Shown here: piece after piece, positions 48,136-57,147 of the stretch
Layout of the letters: each line of letters starts with the position of its first letter
Position numbering within the stretch: position 1 is the stretch's first letter
Made by a program: the position numbers and the translations under genes
Notes under the pieces: model-generated
What the model saw: only the letters and a program-made list of their open reading frames with translations
What the model was told of the DNA's origin: nothing
Databases searched by the model: none
Source: an uncultured Melioribacteraceae bacterium
GTDB taxonomy: Bacteria; Bacteroidota; Ignavibacteria; Ignavibacteriales; Melioribacteraceae
Length of the DNA: 64,000 nucleotides
Assembly (NCBI GenBank): GCA_964652025.1
Contig: CAZYZX010000006.1
Location: forward strand, 83,997-147,996
Reading direction: 5' to 3'

Positions 48136-48732
48136 ATGAGTTTTAGTTACGACCAGCTACTATTGGTATTTATCCCTTTATTTGTTTCTATAGATATAAT
48201 AGGAACAAGCCCTATATTTTTAGGTTTTACACAAGGTATTAGCGATAAGCATAAAAAAACATTAATAATTCAAGCACTACTTACAGCATTTATTGTTGCT
48301 TTAATTTTTTTATTTTCTGGTAAAGTAATATTAAGGTTTTTAGGAATAACTATTAATGATTTTAGAATAGCTGGTGGTTTAATACTTTTAATTTTAAGTA
48401 TCAATGATATTTTAAGTTCATCTGAAACAAGGCGAAATCCAGGTACGCATATTGGAGTAGTTCCATTAGGTATTCCTTTAATTATGGGACCAGCTGCTTT
48501 AACTACCATATTAATTTTAGGAGATAAACACGGAATTCCTTTAACATTATTTTCAATTACTGCTAATTTCATTATAATATTTATTGTTTTAACAAATGTT
48601 AAGTTAATTACAAAAGTAATAGGAGAAGGTGGAGCAAAAGCCTTTGCAAAAGTTGCATCTTTGTTGCTTTCTGCTTATGCAATAATGATGATTAGAGAGG
48701 GAATTATATTAGCAATAAAGGAGTTTAAATGA
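48136..48732 (+). CDS. MarC family (UPF0056) integral membrane protein
   Basis: 198 aa with about 6 TM segments and N-terminal FIPLFVSIDIIGTSPIFL, typical of MarC/YhgN proteins. Confidence 0.7.
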   Translation: MSFSYDQLLLVFIPLFVSIDIIGTSPIFLGFTQGISDKHKKTLIIQALLTAFIVALIFLFSGKVILRFLGITINDFRIAGGLILLILSINDILSSSETRRNPGTHIGVVPLGIPLIMGPAALTTILILGDKHGIPLTLFSITANFIIIFIVLTNVKLITKVIGEGGAKAFAKVASLLLSAYAIMMIREGIILAIKEFK

Positions 48733-49523
48733 ACTTAGAATTAAAAAATAAAAATGTATTAATAACAGCTGCAAGTAAAGGAATAGGTTTTGCAATTGCA
48801 AAACTTTTTGCATTTGAGGGGAGCAATATTGTTATTTGTTCATCAAATAGCCAAAATGTAACAGCTGCAGTTAACCAATTAATAGAAATTACAGGTAATA
48901 AAAATATATATGGAACTGTATGTAATTTAAACAGTAATGAAGATATTAATTATTTATTTAGTTTTGCTAAAGAAAAATTAAAAAATATTGATATTTTAGT
49001 TAATAATTGTGGTGGACCGACACCAGGCTTTTTTGAAAATTTAACTGAAGACGATTGGGATACGTCATATAATCAAGTGCTAAAAAGTGCTACAAGGCTT
49101 ACTAAACTTGTTATCTCTAACATGAAAGAGCAAAATTTTGGACGCATTATAAATATTACTTCAATTTCTGTAAAACAACCTGTAGATAATTTATTGTTAT
49201 CTAATACATTTAGAAGTGCGCTTACAGCTTTTGCAAAAACAATTAGTAATGAATTAGCACCATATAACATAACTGTTAATAACGTAGCACCAGGTTATAC
49301 GTTAACAGAAAGATTTAAACAATTACTTAAATTAAGGGCAGAAAGGGCGGGAATATCTTATGAAGAAGCTGTAAATAGTATGAGCAAAGAGATACCCGCA
49401 AAAAGGTTTGCAAACCCAGATGAAATAGCAAATTTAGTTATATTTTTAGCATCCCCTGCAGCAGCTTATATAACGGGTTCTACTATTAATGTTGATGGTG
49501 GATATACTAAATCTACTTACTAA
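48729..49523 (+). CDS. Short-chain dehydrogenase/reductase (SDR) family protein, FabG-like
   Basis: 264 aa with ITAASKGIGFAIA, NNCGG and a C-terminal GSTINVDGG. I do not see a canonical YxxxK catalytic pair by eye (region SNTFRSALTAFAK). ATGA overlap with the MarC gene. Confidence 0.75.
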   Translation: MNLELKNKNVLITAASKGIGFAIAKLFAFEGSNIVICSSNSQNVTAAVNQLIEITGNKNIYGTVCNLNSNEDINYLFSFAKEKLKNIDILVNNCGGPTPGFFENLTEDDWDTSYNQVLKSATRLTKLVISNMKEQNFGRIINITSISVKQPVDNLLLSNTFRSALTAFAKTISNELAPYNITVNNVAPGYTLTERFKQLLKLRAERAGISYEEAVNSMSKEIPAKRFANPDEIANLVIFLASPAAAYITGSTINVDGGYTKSTY

Positions 49524-49532
49524 TGGCAATTT

Positions 49533-51083
49533 ATGAAGTATGAAATTGAGATAAGTGTAAAGCCCGAAGATATTAGTAATTATGAACTTCATAAAATATT
49601 AGCAGCAGAAAAACTAAAGGTTAGAAAAGAGGACATAAGCGGTTTTATTCTTATAAAAAGGTCAATAGATAGTCGTAAAAAACCAGTTTATAAGCTTAGG
49701 TATTTAACCTATCTTAATCAAAATCCAGAACCACTTTTTGAAGAAACAAAGTTTAAAATAGCAGATAACAGCAAAAAGGTAATTATTATTGGTTCCGGTC
49801 CTGCGGGGTTATTTGCTGCGTTAAGATTATTAGAAGAGGGGATTAAACCTATTATTTTAGAAAGAGGAAAGGATGTTAGAGAAAGGAGGCGCGATTTAAG
49901 GAATATACAACAATTTAATATTGTAAACGAAAACTCTAATTATTGTTTTGGAGAAGGTGGAGCGGGTACTTATAGCGATGGGAAACTATACACACGTAGC
50001 GATAAGCGAGGAAATGTTAAAAAAGTTTTAAATTTATTAGTGCAGCATGGTGCAAAGCAAGATATTTTAATTGACTCTCATCCGCATATAGGCTCTAATA
50101 AATTACCTAAGATCATAGAAAATATTAGAAATACTATACTTAACCATGGCGGAGAAATTTATTTTAACAGTAAGGCTACAGATTTTATTATAAAAAATAA
50201 TAAAATATATGGAGTAATTTTTAATAATAATAGGGAAATACTATCGGAGCACGTAATTTTGGCAACGGGTCACTCTGCTAATGATATTTATGAATTATGC
50301 TTTAAACATAAAATATTATTATCAGAAAAAGATTATGCAATTGGTGTTAGAATAGAACATCCACAATCTTTAATTGATAGCATACAATACAAATGTGATA
50401 TTAGAAGTGAATATTTGCCAGCTGCAAGCTATAGTTTGGTAACAAATGTAGATAATATAGGTGTTTTTTCGTTTTGTATGTGCCCAGGTGGCATTATTAT
50501 TCCAGCTTCTACAAAACAGAATGAAATTGTGTTAAATGGAATGTCTGTTAGTAGACGCGATTCACCTTTTGCAAATAGTGGATTTGTAACATCTGTAAGT
50601 AAAATAGACTTTAAAAAGGAAGGATTTAATGGATTAAACGCGGGGCTACTTTTCCGTAGCAAGGTAGAAAAAAAAGCCAATGTTATATCGGAGCACACCC
50701 AAAAAGCTCCAGCACAAAGGATTACAGATTTTATTAACAAAAAAGTATCACAAGATTTACCTAAAAGCTCTTATATACCAGGGTTAATAGCAGCAGATTT
50801 GTTTGAAGTGCTACCAAATGGAGTAGCAAATAGATTAAGACAAGGTTTACTTAACTTAAAAAAGACAATGCCTAGGTTTATAACTTCAGAAGCGATTATG
50901 CTTGCTCCAGAAACTAGAACTTCTGCGCCATTAAGAATTTTACGAAACGAATTATTTATGAGCCCAAGTGTGTATGGGTTATATCCTGTAGGAGAGGGAG
51001 CAGGCTATGCAGGTGGTATTGTTTCTGCTGCAATTGATGGACAAAATTGTGCAAATAAGATTATTGGTTTATTTAATTTATAA
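49533..51083 (+). CDS. FAD-dependent oxidoreductase (uncharacterised NAD(FAD)-utilising dehydrogenase family)
   Basis: 516 aa with the dinucleotide fold VIIIGSGPAGLFAALRL, FGEGGAGTYSDGKLYTR and a C-terminal PVGEGAGYAGGIVSAAIDG. Confidence 0.75.
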   Translation: MKYEIEISVKPEDISNYELHKILAAEKLKVRKEDISGFILIKRSIDSRKKPVYKLRYLTYLNQNPEPLFEETKFKIADNSKKVIIIGSGPAGLFAALRLLEEGIKPIILERGKDVRERRRDLRNIQQFNIVNENSNYCFGEGGAGTYSDGKLYTRSDKRGNVKKVLNLLVQHGAKQDILIDSHPHIGSNKLPKIIENIRNTILNHGGEIYFNSKATDFIIKNNKIYGVIFNNNREILSEHVILATGHSANDIYELCFKHKILLSEKDYAIGVRIEHPQSLIDSIQYKCDIRSEYLPAASYSLVTNVDNIGVFSFCMCPGGIIIPASTKQNEIVLNGMSVSRRDSPFANSGFVTSVSKIDFKKEGFNGLNAGLLFRSKVEKKANVISEHTQKAPAQRITDFINKKVSQDLPKSSYIPGLIAADLFEVLPNGVANRLRQGLLNLKKTMPRFITSEAIMLAPETRTSAPLRILRNELFMSPSVYGLYPVGEGAGYAGGIVSAAIDGQNCANKIIGLFNL

Positions 51084-51095
51084 GGTTTATAAATT

Positions 51096-51120
51096 AAAAA
51101 GCCCCATTAAGGGGCTTAAG
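51096..51120. terminator. Bidirectional terminator between convergent genes
   Basis: AAGCCCC (51099-51105) / GGGGCTT (51111-51117) with a 5-nt loop. It is flanked by an A-run upstream and T-rich sequence downstream, and lies between the stops at 51083 (+) and 51123 (-). Confidence 0.75.
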
Positions 51121-51122
51121 TT

Positions 51123-52679
51123 TTATTCTATAACTTTATAAATTGAATCTAATACAGTTCCATCAACCCATTTAACTATTGCTACAACTGTATTTTTATC
51201 TAATTTAGGTTTATCTGTTGGTAAACCACAAATTTCATCTACTTCTTTCTTTATTTCTTTTAAGGACTTAAATGGTAATTTGGAATTCTTAACAGCTTCA
51301 ATTAAATCTTTACGATTAGGATTAATTGCAATTCCACGTTCAGTAACAATAACATCAATAAGCTCACCTGGTCCACAAAGGGTAGTAACTTCATCTACTA
51401 TAACAGGAATTCTATCCCTAAAGGAAGGAATAGCTAAAATAGTGCATTTAGAAAACAAACAATTTTGCCAGCCACCAATACCATGTAATAGGTAGCCATC
51501 GCTATGAGTAACTACATTAGCATTAAAGTTTAGGTCAACTTCTGTAGCACCTAAAACAACGGCATCTACAATAGAAGCAAAATTACCTTTGCCATGATAA
51601 TTATAGCTAGTAAAAGGACTTGTATTAACATGGTTAGGATTATCTCTCATAGAGCGGACACCGTCTAAATCGAAAGTTTGACCATCTAAAATGTAATCTG
51701 TTAAGCCTTCTTCTAACATTTCCACTAAATACTTATTGCTACCACCACGTATAAACCTAGCTTTAATTCCTTTAGTTTTCATTTTTTCTTTAAGAAAAAT
51801 AGCAAATGCTAAGCTTGTTCCACCTGCTCCTGCTTGAAATGAAAAGCCATCTTTCATTATTCCAGCATCTTCAATAAACTGTGCTACATACTCAGCAATA
51901 AGTAATCTATCTGGACTTTTAGTAACTTCGGTAGTTCCGGATACAATTTTAGAGCTATCACCAAGAGAATCAACTTTAACAACAAAATCTACATTATTAC
52001 CTTGAATTTGCCAAGGGTAGCAAGGGAAAGGTACAAGGTTATCTGTAACAACAATAACATTATCAGCATATTCGCTATCAACCAAAGCAAAACCAATAAG
52101 TCCACTTGCAGAAGGACCAGTTACACCATTAGCATTGCCAAAAGGATCAGCAGTTGGAGCAGCAATAACCGCAATATCAATATGTACCTCGCCATCTTGT
52201 ACAGCTTGATATCTGCCACCATGTGACCTAAGAACGCCTGTTCCCGCCATTTTACCAACACTAGTAAATTTACCTAAAGGTCCGTTCATGCTCCCTTCTA
52301 TATGATGAATAGTGCCATCTTCTAGATAAGGGATTAAGTGTTCATGACAAGGAAAACTAGCGCTAGGGAACCAACGAATATTTTTGATACCTAATTCTTT
52401 AATAACATCAAAAAGATAATTTGTTAAAGCATCTCCATTACGTAAGTGATGATGAGTGGAAATGGTCATGCCGTCTTTAATTCCAGCTTTTAATAAAGCC
52501 TCTTTAAGGCTTGCTACAACCTTATTACCATCGGCAGGGTAATCTGCACAAGATTTAATTGGTGGTTTAGCTTTTGTGCCATTTGGTTTATATTTTCCAA
52601 TTCCCATGTAAGGAATTTGTTTAGTTCCATTTACTATATCAGGTATTAAACGACCAGCTGTATTTTTAATCATTTTCAT
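51123..52679 (-). CDS. citF: Citrate lyase alpha subunit (citrate CoA/ACP-transferase) homologue
   Basis: 518 aa. LKEALLKAGIKDGMTISTHHHLRNGD, LRSHGGRYQAVQDGEVHIDIAVIAAPTADPFGNANG and GPSASGLIGFA align by eye with E. coli CitF ([60 protein letters not shown]). Confidence 0.85.
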   Translation of the reverse strand: MKMIKNTAGRLIPDIVNGTKQIPYMGIGKYKPNGTKAKPPIKSCADYPADGNKVVASLKEALLKAGIKDGMTISTHHHLRNGDALTNYLFDVIKELGIKNIRWFPSASFPCHEHLIPYLEDGTIHHIEGSMNGPLGKFTSVGKMAGTGVLRSHGGRYQAVQDGEVHIDIAVIAAPTADPFGNANGVTGPSASGLIGFALVDSEYADNVIVVTDNLVPFPCYPWQIQGNNVDFVVKVDSLGDSSKIVSGTTEVTKSPDRLLIAEYVAQFIEDAGIMKDGFSFQAGAGGTSLAFAIFLKEKMKTKGIKARFIRGGSNKYLVEMLEEGLTDYILDGQTFDLDGVRSMRDNPNHVNTSPFTSYNYHGKGNFASIVDAVVLGATEVDLNFNANVVTHSDGYLLHGIGGWQNCLFSKCTILAIPSFRDRIPVIVDEVTTLCGPGELIDVIVTERGIAINPNRKDLIEAVKNSKLPFKSLKEIKKEVDEICGLPTDKPKLDKNTVVAIVKWVDGTVLDSIYKVIE

Positions 52680-52706
52680 AAGTTATCCATAGTTATTTAA
52701 ACTAAA

Positions 52707-53930
52707 TTATAGCATCTCTTCCCAGTTATTTGGTAATAAATCATTTTTAATTGCTATTTTAATTGTGTTTAATGCGCGCTTAACAACAGGCGGATCAATC
52801 ATTTTACTTCCTAAGGAAACAACACCAATCCCATTTTTTTCAGCTTCCTTAAATGCTAAATAAATCTTTTTAGCCTTATCAATTTCGGATTGAGCAGGAG
52901 CAAAAGCTTCGTGAACAACTTTTACTTGACGAGGATGTATGCAACCTTTACCTTCAAAGCCTAATGCTTTAGCTTCTATCACGCTCTTTCTTAATCCTTC
53001 CATATCACTAACATCAGAAAAAACTGTATCAATAGCCTGCACACCAGCGGCTTTTGCAGCATTAACCACAGCAGTTCGAGCATAAAAGCTTTCGGTTCCT
53101 TCTAAAGTTCGTTGCACGCCTAAATCTGCTGTGTAGTCTTCTAAGCCCATAGCTAATGCACATACTTGGCTGCTTGCAGAAGCTATTTGATAAGCATTTA
53201 TTACACCTAAAGCACTTTCTATAATTGGCATTAGCCAAATATCATTTTTAACTTTGTGCTGCTTTTTCAATTTTAATATTTCTTTATCAACTGCAACAAC
53301 TTGCTCCGCACTTTCACACTTAGGTATTAATATACAGTTTACATTATTAGGCACTACAAACTTCAAATCATCTAAACCGTTCGGAATTTGATTAATCCTA
53401 ACCATCCTTTCAGAGGAGTAAAAATCCACTGAACGAAGAGCATTCCGAACTAATAATTGAGCTGCATCTTTTTCAGAGGGTGCAACGCTGTCTTCTAAAT
53501 CTAAGATAATCCCATCGGGAGCATGCAACCCAGCATTAATAAAAAATTTTGGTTCATTGCCAGGTAGATATAAACGACTTCTTCTAAATTCATCTTTGGC
53601 AGTTTTTCGAAAAGACTTTTTAGATATTGGGAGCAAGTAATCTTTTGTTATATCTGGAGCAAGCCTTTTTACTGCACACTCAAACCTTGCTGCAATAATA
53701 AATGGCAGTGCTCCACTATCTTCAATATTAATTTCAGCGTGCTCCAAATTAAAAAATTTACACATATCTATTATCAAATTTCTAATAGCTGTACCGTAAA
53801 GTACTTTAACTTTACTATTAAGATTTATATTTATACCACCGGACTTTTTTAACGATAGTTCTATAAAACAATCGCTTCTAACATCTTTCCCTTTTTTACC
53901 AGCAGAAGCTGTTACAAATTCTGATAACAT
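52707..53930 (-). CDS. citE: Fusion of citrate lyase acyl carrier protein (CitD-like, aa 1-~95) and citryl-CoA lyase beta subunit (CitE, HpcH/HpaI family)
   Basis: 407 aa. The N-terminal part has SAGKKGKDVRSDCFIEL and NIEDSGALPFIIAARFECAVKR (compare CitD AGTLESGDV and VDDKGALDCILRARLEA). From about aa 116 it has RRSRLYLPGNEPKFF and ILDLEDSVAPSEKDAA (compare CitE RRSMLFVPG and FDLEDSV). Confidence 0.8.
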   Translation of the reverse strand: MLSEFVTASAGKKGKDVRSDCFIELSLKKSGGININLNSKVKVLYGTAIRNLIIDMCKFFNLEHAEINIEDSGALPFIIAARFECAVKRLAPDITKDYLLPISKKSFRKTAKDEFRRSRLYLPGNEPKFFINAGLHAPDGIILDLEDSVAPSEKDAAQLLVRNALRSVDFYSSERMVRINQIPNGLDDLKFVVPNNVNCILIPKCESAEQVVAVDKEILKLKKQHKVKNDIWLMPIIESALGVINAYQIASASSQVCALAMGLEDYTADLGVQRTLEGTESFYARTAVVNAAKAAGVQAIDTVFSDVSDMEGLRKSVIEAKALGFEGKGCIHPRQVKVVHEAFAPAQSEIDKAKKIYLAFKEAEKNGIGVVSLGSKMIDPPVVKRALNTIKIAIKNDLLPNNWEEML

Positions 53931-53948
53931 TTTTCGCTCATCAAATAA

Positions 53949-55370
53949 TTAAACAATTAAGTTATTCATAAATTCTTTAGCACTGTAATTTTCACAATTA
54001 AATATCATTTCTTTAATAGTTTGCTGTTTTTCTTTAGATAAAAGGTTAGCTGATAAAGCGTTAAATTTATTTTCTAAATCTTCCATCGTCATTGGCTCTC
54101 TTGGGTCACCTTTTGGGTACTCAAGATATTCAGAGTATTCATTTCCATCTACTGTTTTAATAGTAACTTTAGAAGGTTGCTTAGCCGGAAACATTTTTTC
54201 AAATTCCACAGAAGCTTCCCCCTTTATTTTCATAATTACTTCTCTAATTCTTGGGTCTTTTAATTTTTCTTCGGAAAATGATTGAGTTGTTATTTTTCTA
54301 TCAACAATTGCTGCTGCAATACAATATGGTAACGAGTGGTCTGCAGTTTCTCTGCTTTCTGGGTGATACTTATGTGGGTCAAATAAAATATCGCAAGCTC
54401 TTGCAATTGTTGTAATGGTAACAGAATCAATTTGATCGTAAGAGATATTATTTTTATTTATAACTTTTAATGTTGCTGTAATATGAGTATGAGTTAATGC
54501 TTCAGTTGGGAAAGCTTTCATACTGCATTCAAGAATTTTATAATTTTTGCCTAAGTTACCAATTAGTTTATCAACATCCCAACCAAGTGTATGGTTGTTA
54601 ACAGTAACGTTTTTAACGGATTGAGTTGATACATCCCAACCCAAAAAAGTATCCATAAAACCTTCTTTCCCTTCAAAAACTGCTTCAGTTCCTGTGTATC
54701 CTTTTTTAGCCATTAAAGCAGCAAAAACACCGGTTTGAACAGCCATTGGGTCAACAGTGTTTTTCATCATAGTAAGTTTACCGGCAGTTGGGCAGCCAAT
54801 AGTATGGTTATGGCAGCCATTAATTCCTATAGCGTTTACCATTTGATCTACAGTTAATCCTAAAAGTTTACCAGCAACAATTGGTGAAACAAATTGAGTA
54901 AGTGTTGCATGGTGCCATTTGCGCTCTCTAACGCCTGGAGTAGCAAATTCGCATAATCTTTGTTCAAACTCGTATGCTAATACAATAGCTGTTATAACTT
55001 CTTTCATGTTTAAATTTTCTTTTTCTGCAACAGATAAAGCGGCTGGGATAATATCCGATGGGTGAGATGGGTCTTCTTTCCAATAAATATCGTTAAAATC
55101 TAATGCACGTATAGCTAAAGAATTAACAAGGGTTGCATTAACAGCGGGCAGCTTATCCCCAAAGCCAATAAGTGTTGCTTCTTCCTTACCTCCCATTTCT
55201 AAAAAGATATCTCGAATAATATTAACATCTTTTGTGTTGTAAGCACCATAAGCACATCCAATAGAATCGTATAAGTATCGTTTTACTTCGTGGATTACAT
55301 TTTCCGGTAAATCTTCGTATTTCAAATTAACAGCAAATTCTGCTATTTGTCTTGAGATTGATTTTTCCAT
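53949..55370 (-). CDS. MmgE/PrpD family protein (2-methylcitrate dehydratase / cis-aconitate decarboxylase superfamily)
   Basis: 473 aa. The N-terminus ISRQIAEFAVNLKYEDLPENVIHEVKRYLYDSIGCAYGA is the typical PrpD-family opening. It lies 18 nt upstream of the CitD-CitE gene on the same strand. Confidence 0.8.
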   Translation of the reverse strand: MEKSISRQIAEFAVNLKYEDLPENVIHEVKRYLYDSIGCAYGAYNTKDVNIIRDIFLEMGGKEEATLIGFGDKLPAVNATLVNSLAIRALDFNDIYWKEDPSHPSDIIPAALSVAEKENLNMKEVITAIVLAYEFEQRLCEFATPGVRERKWHHATLTQFVSPIVAGKLLGLTVDQMVNAIGINGCHNHTIGCPTAGKLTMMKNTVDPMAVQTGVFAALMAKKGYTGTEAVFEGKEGFMDTFLGWDVSTQSVKNVTVNNHTLGWDVDKLIGNLGKNYKILECSMKAFPTEALTHTHITATLKVINKNNISYDQIDSVTITTIARACDILFDPHKYHPESRETADHSLPYCIAAAIVDRKITTQSFSEEKLKDPRIREVIMKIKGEASVEFEKMFPAKQPSKVTIKTVDGNEYSEYLEYPKGDPREPMTMEDLENKFNALSANLLSKEKQQTIKEMIFNCENYSAKEFMNNLIV

Positions 55371-55485
55371 ATCCTATCCATTTTTATGTTAAAGAATTAT
55401 TTAAATTAATTAATTTAGTAATAATTCCCAATAAAAAAAGATTATAAATTATAAAAAGATAAATTAAATAAAAAAAAGGAAATGA

Positions 55486-56988
55486 TTAGGATATGTTTTG
55501 TTTTAATTTTAGTAGTTCTAATTCTAAATTTTTTTTCTCAGTTATATCGTGTCCATTACCAATAATTTCTATAACATTACCATGAATATCAACAATAGCT
55601 TTATCGTACCAGCCAATCCATTTCCAGCCATCAACAGTTAATGCGCGTTGCTCTAAATAGCAAGTATAAGGGGGCGAGTATAGTTTTTGCATTTCTTTAA
55701 GTGTGGCATCTCTATCTTCTGGGTGAACTAATGGAATAAATTTTTTACCTAAAAGTTCACTCTCACTTTTACCAAATAATTTACAATAAGAAGGAGAAAC
55801 AAATAAAAATTCACCATTTTTATTTACTTTAACTAATAAATCCGTTTGGTTTTCAACCAAAAGTCTATATTTTTCTTCGCTTTCTTGTATTTTTTTATTT
55901 GCTTCGTAAATATCAGAAATATCGCGTAAAATACCGCCAATTCCTATTTCATTTTCAGAAAGAGATACAGAGAATTTTTGAACTTCGAACATTTTTTCGT
56001 TAATTGATTCGTATCCGCTATAAATATTATTATTGGTTAAAATTTCTTGGTCTGATTTATAAAATTTATTTGCCAAATATTCAGGAAAAAGTTCAAAATC
56101 GCTACGACCAATAACTTCTTGTTCTTTAAAGTCTAAAAGTTTTTCAAAAGCGGAATTAATCATTAAATATCTATAATTTCTATCTTTCAAGAACATAATA
56201 TCTCGGGTAGAATTAAGGAGTTTTCTATATCTTTCCTCGCTACTATATACTGCTAATTGCCATTTTCTTAGTTCTGTAATATCTTCAAAAGTTACAAAAA
56301 CTTCTTGTGGCTTACCGTTTTTATCAATATGATGTGGTATAGAGCTAACTAATAACCAAACAGTTGAATCTTTTTGAGGGTTATGAATACCCATTAAAAT
56401 TCCAAATAATGGCTTGCCAGTTCTTAAAGTATACATGGCGGGGTGTTCTTCTACCTTAAAGCTAGTTCCATCTTCATGAATGGCTCTCCATTCATGATTT
56501 GCTGAAGTTCTACCTAATAATTGTTCTTTAGATAAACCTAAAATTCTTAATGCGGCAGGGTTAGCATCTATAATTTCTCCATTTTTATTTTGATAGACTA
56601 CTCCCTGCGCCATTTCATTAAATAATTCTAAAAATTTATCCTTGTTATCTTCAAATCTATCTAATATCTCTTTTATTTCGTTTATATTTTGTAAAGTACC
56701 TTTAATTATCTGTTTATCTTCTACTTCGTAAGTTTTCCAGCAATTTTTAAAATATGTAGGATTAGGTAAATTAATAAGGTACTCTGTACAACCTTCCAAA
56801 ATACCATTATTTATCTTTTCTTTAATTTTAAGGAAATTTATAATTTCTAAAAAAGTTGTATTTGTAGTTGAAATAAGGTTAGAAATAAAATTATTTTGAT
56901 AGAGTAAATTACCAGATAAATCCAAGCAATAAATTCCAAATGGAATATTATCTATAAACTGTTCGCATAAATTTTCATTAATGCTCAT
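55486..56988 (-). CDS. Multi-PAS-domain protein without a recognisable output domain
   Basis: 500 aa with several PAS S-box-like modules (for example FLELFNEMAQGVVYQNKNGEIIDANPAALRILGLSKEQLLGR, YRKLLNSTRDIMFLKD and YRLLVENQTDLLVKVNKNGEFLFVSPSYCKLFG). It ends in a short coiled coil (KKNLELELLKLKQNIS), and no HisKA/HATPase, GGDEF or HTH follows. Confidence 0.75.
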   Translation of the reverse strand: MSINENLCEQFIDNIPFGIYCLDLSGNLLYQNNFISNLISTTNTTFLEIINFLKIKEKINNGILEGCTEYLINLPNPTYFKNCWKTYEVEDKQIIKGTLQNINEIKEILDRFEDNKDKFLELFNEMAQGVVYQNKNGEIIDANPAALRILGLSKEQLLGRTSANHEWRAIHEDGTSFKVEEHPAMYTLRTGKPLFGILMGIHNPQKDSTVWLLVSSIPHHIDKNGKPQEVFVTFEDITELRKWQLAVYSSEERYRKLLNSTRDIMFLKDRNYRYLMINSAFEKLLDFKEQEVIGRSDFELFPEYLANKFYKSDQEILTNNNIYSGYESINEKMFEVQKFSVSLSENEIGIGGILRDISDIYEANKKIQESEEKYRLLVENQTDLLVKVNKNGEFLFVSPSYCKLFGKSESELLGKKFIPLVHPEDRDATLKEMQKLYSPPYTCYLEQRALTVDGWKWIGWYDKAIVDIHGNVIEIIGNGHDITEKKNLELELLKLKQNIS

Positions 56989-57147
56989 TTTAAAGTAATA
57001 AATATTAGTAAGTTATCAAAATAGCAAAAACTATAACTAAAAGCAAATAAATAATATTAGCTAAGATATAAATTTTATATTAAAGAAAAATGTTTATTTT
57101 TGCATAGCATAATTAAGTATAAAATAAATCTAAAAATTTGGTAAAAA

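Noticed and set aside
48729-49523. SDR protein apparently lacking the canonical YxxxK pair, considered as a notable inactive enzyme
   Set aside because: My by-eye alignment of the catalytic region is not reliable enough, and divergent FabG-like SDR subgroups without a perfect tetrad are known. It is noted in the feature evidence only.
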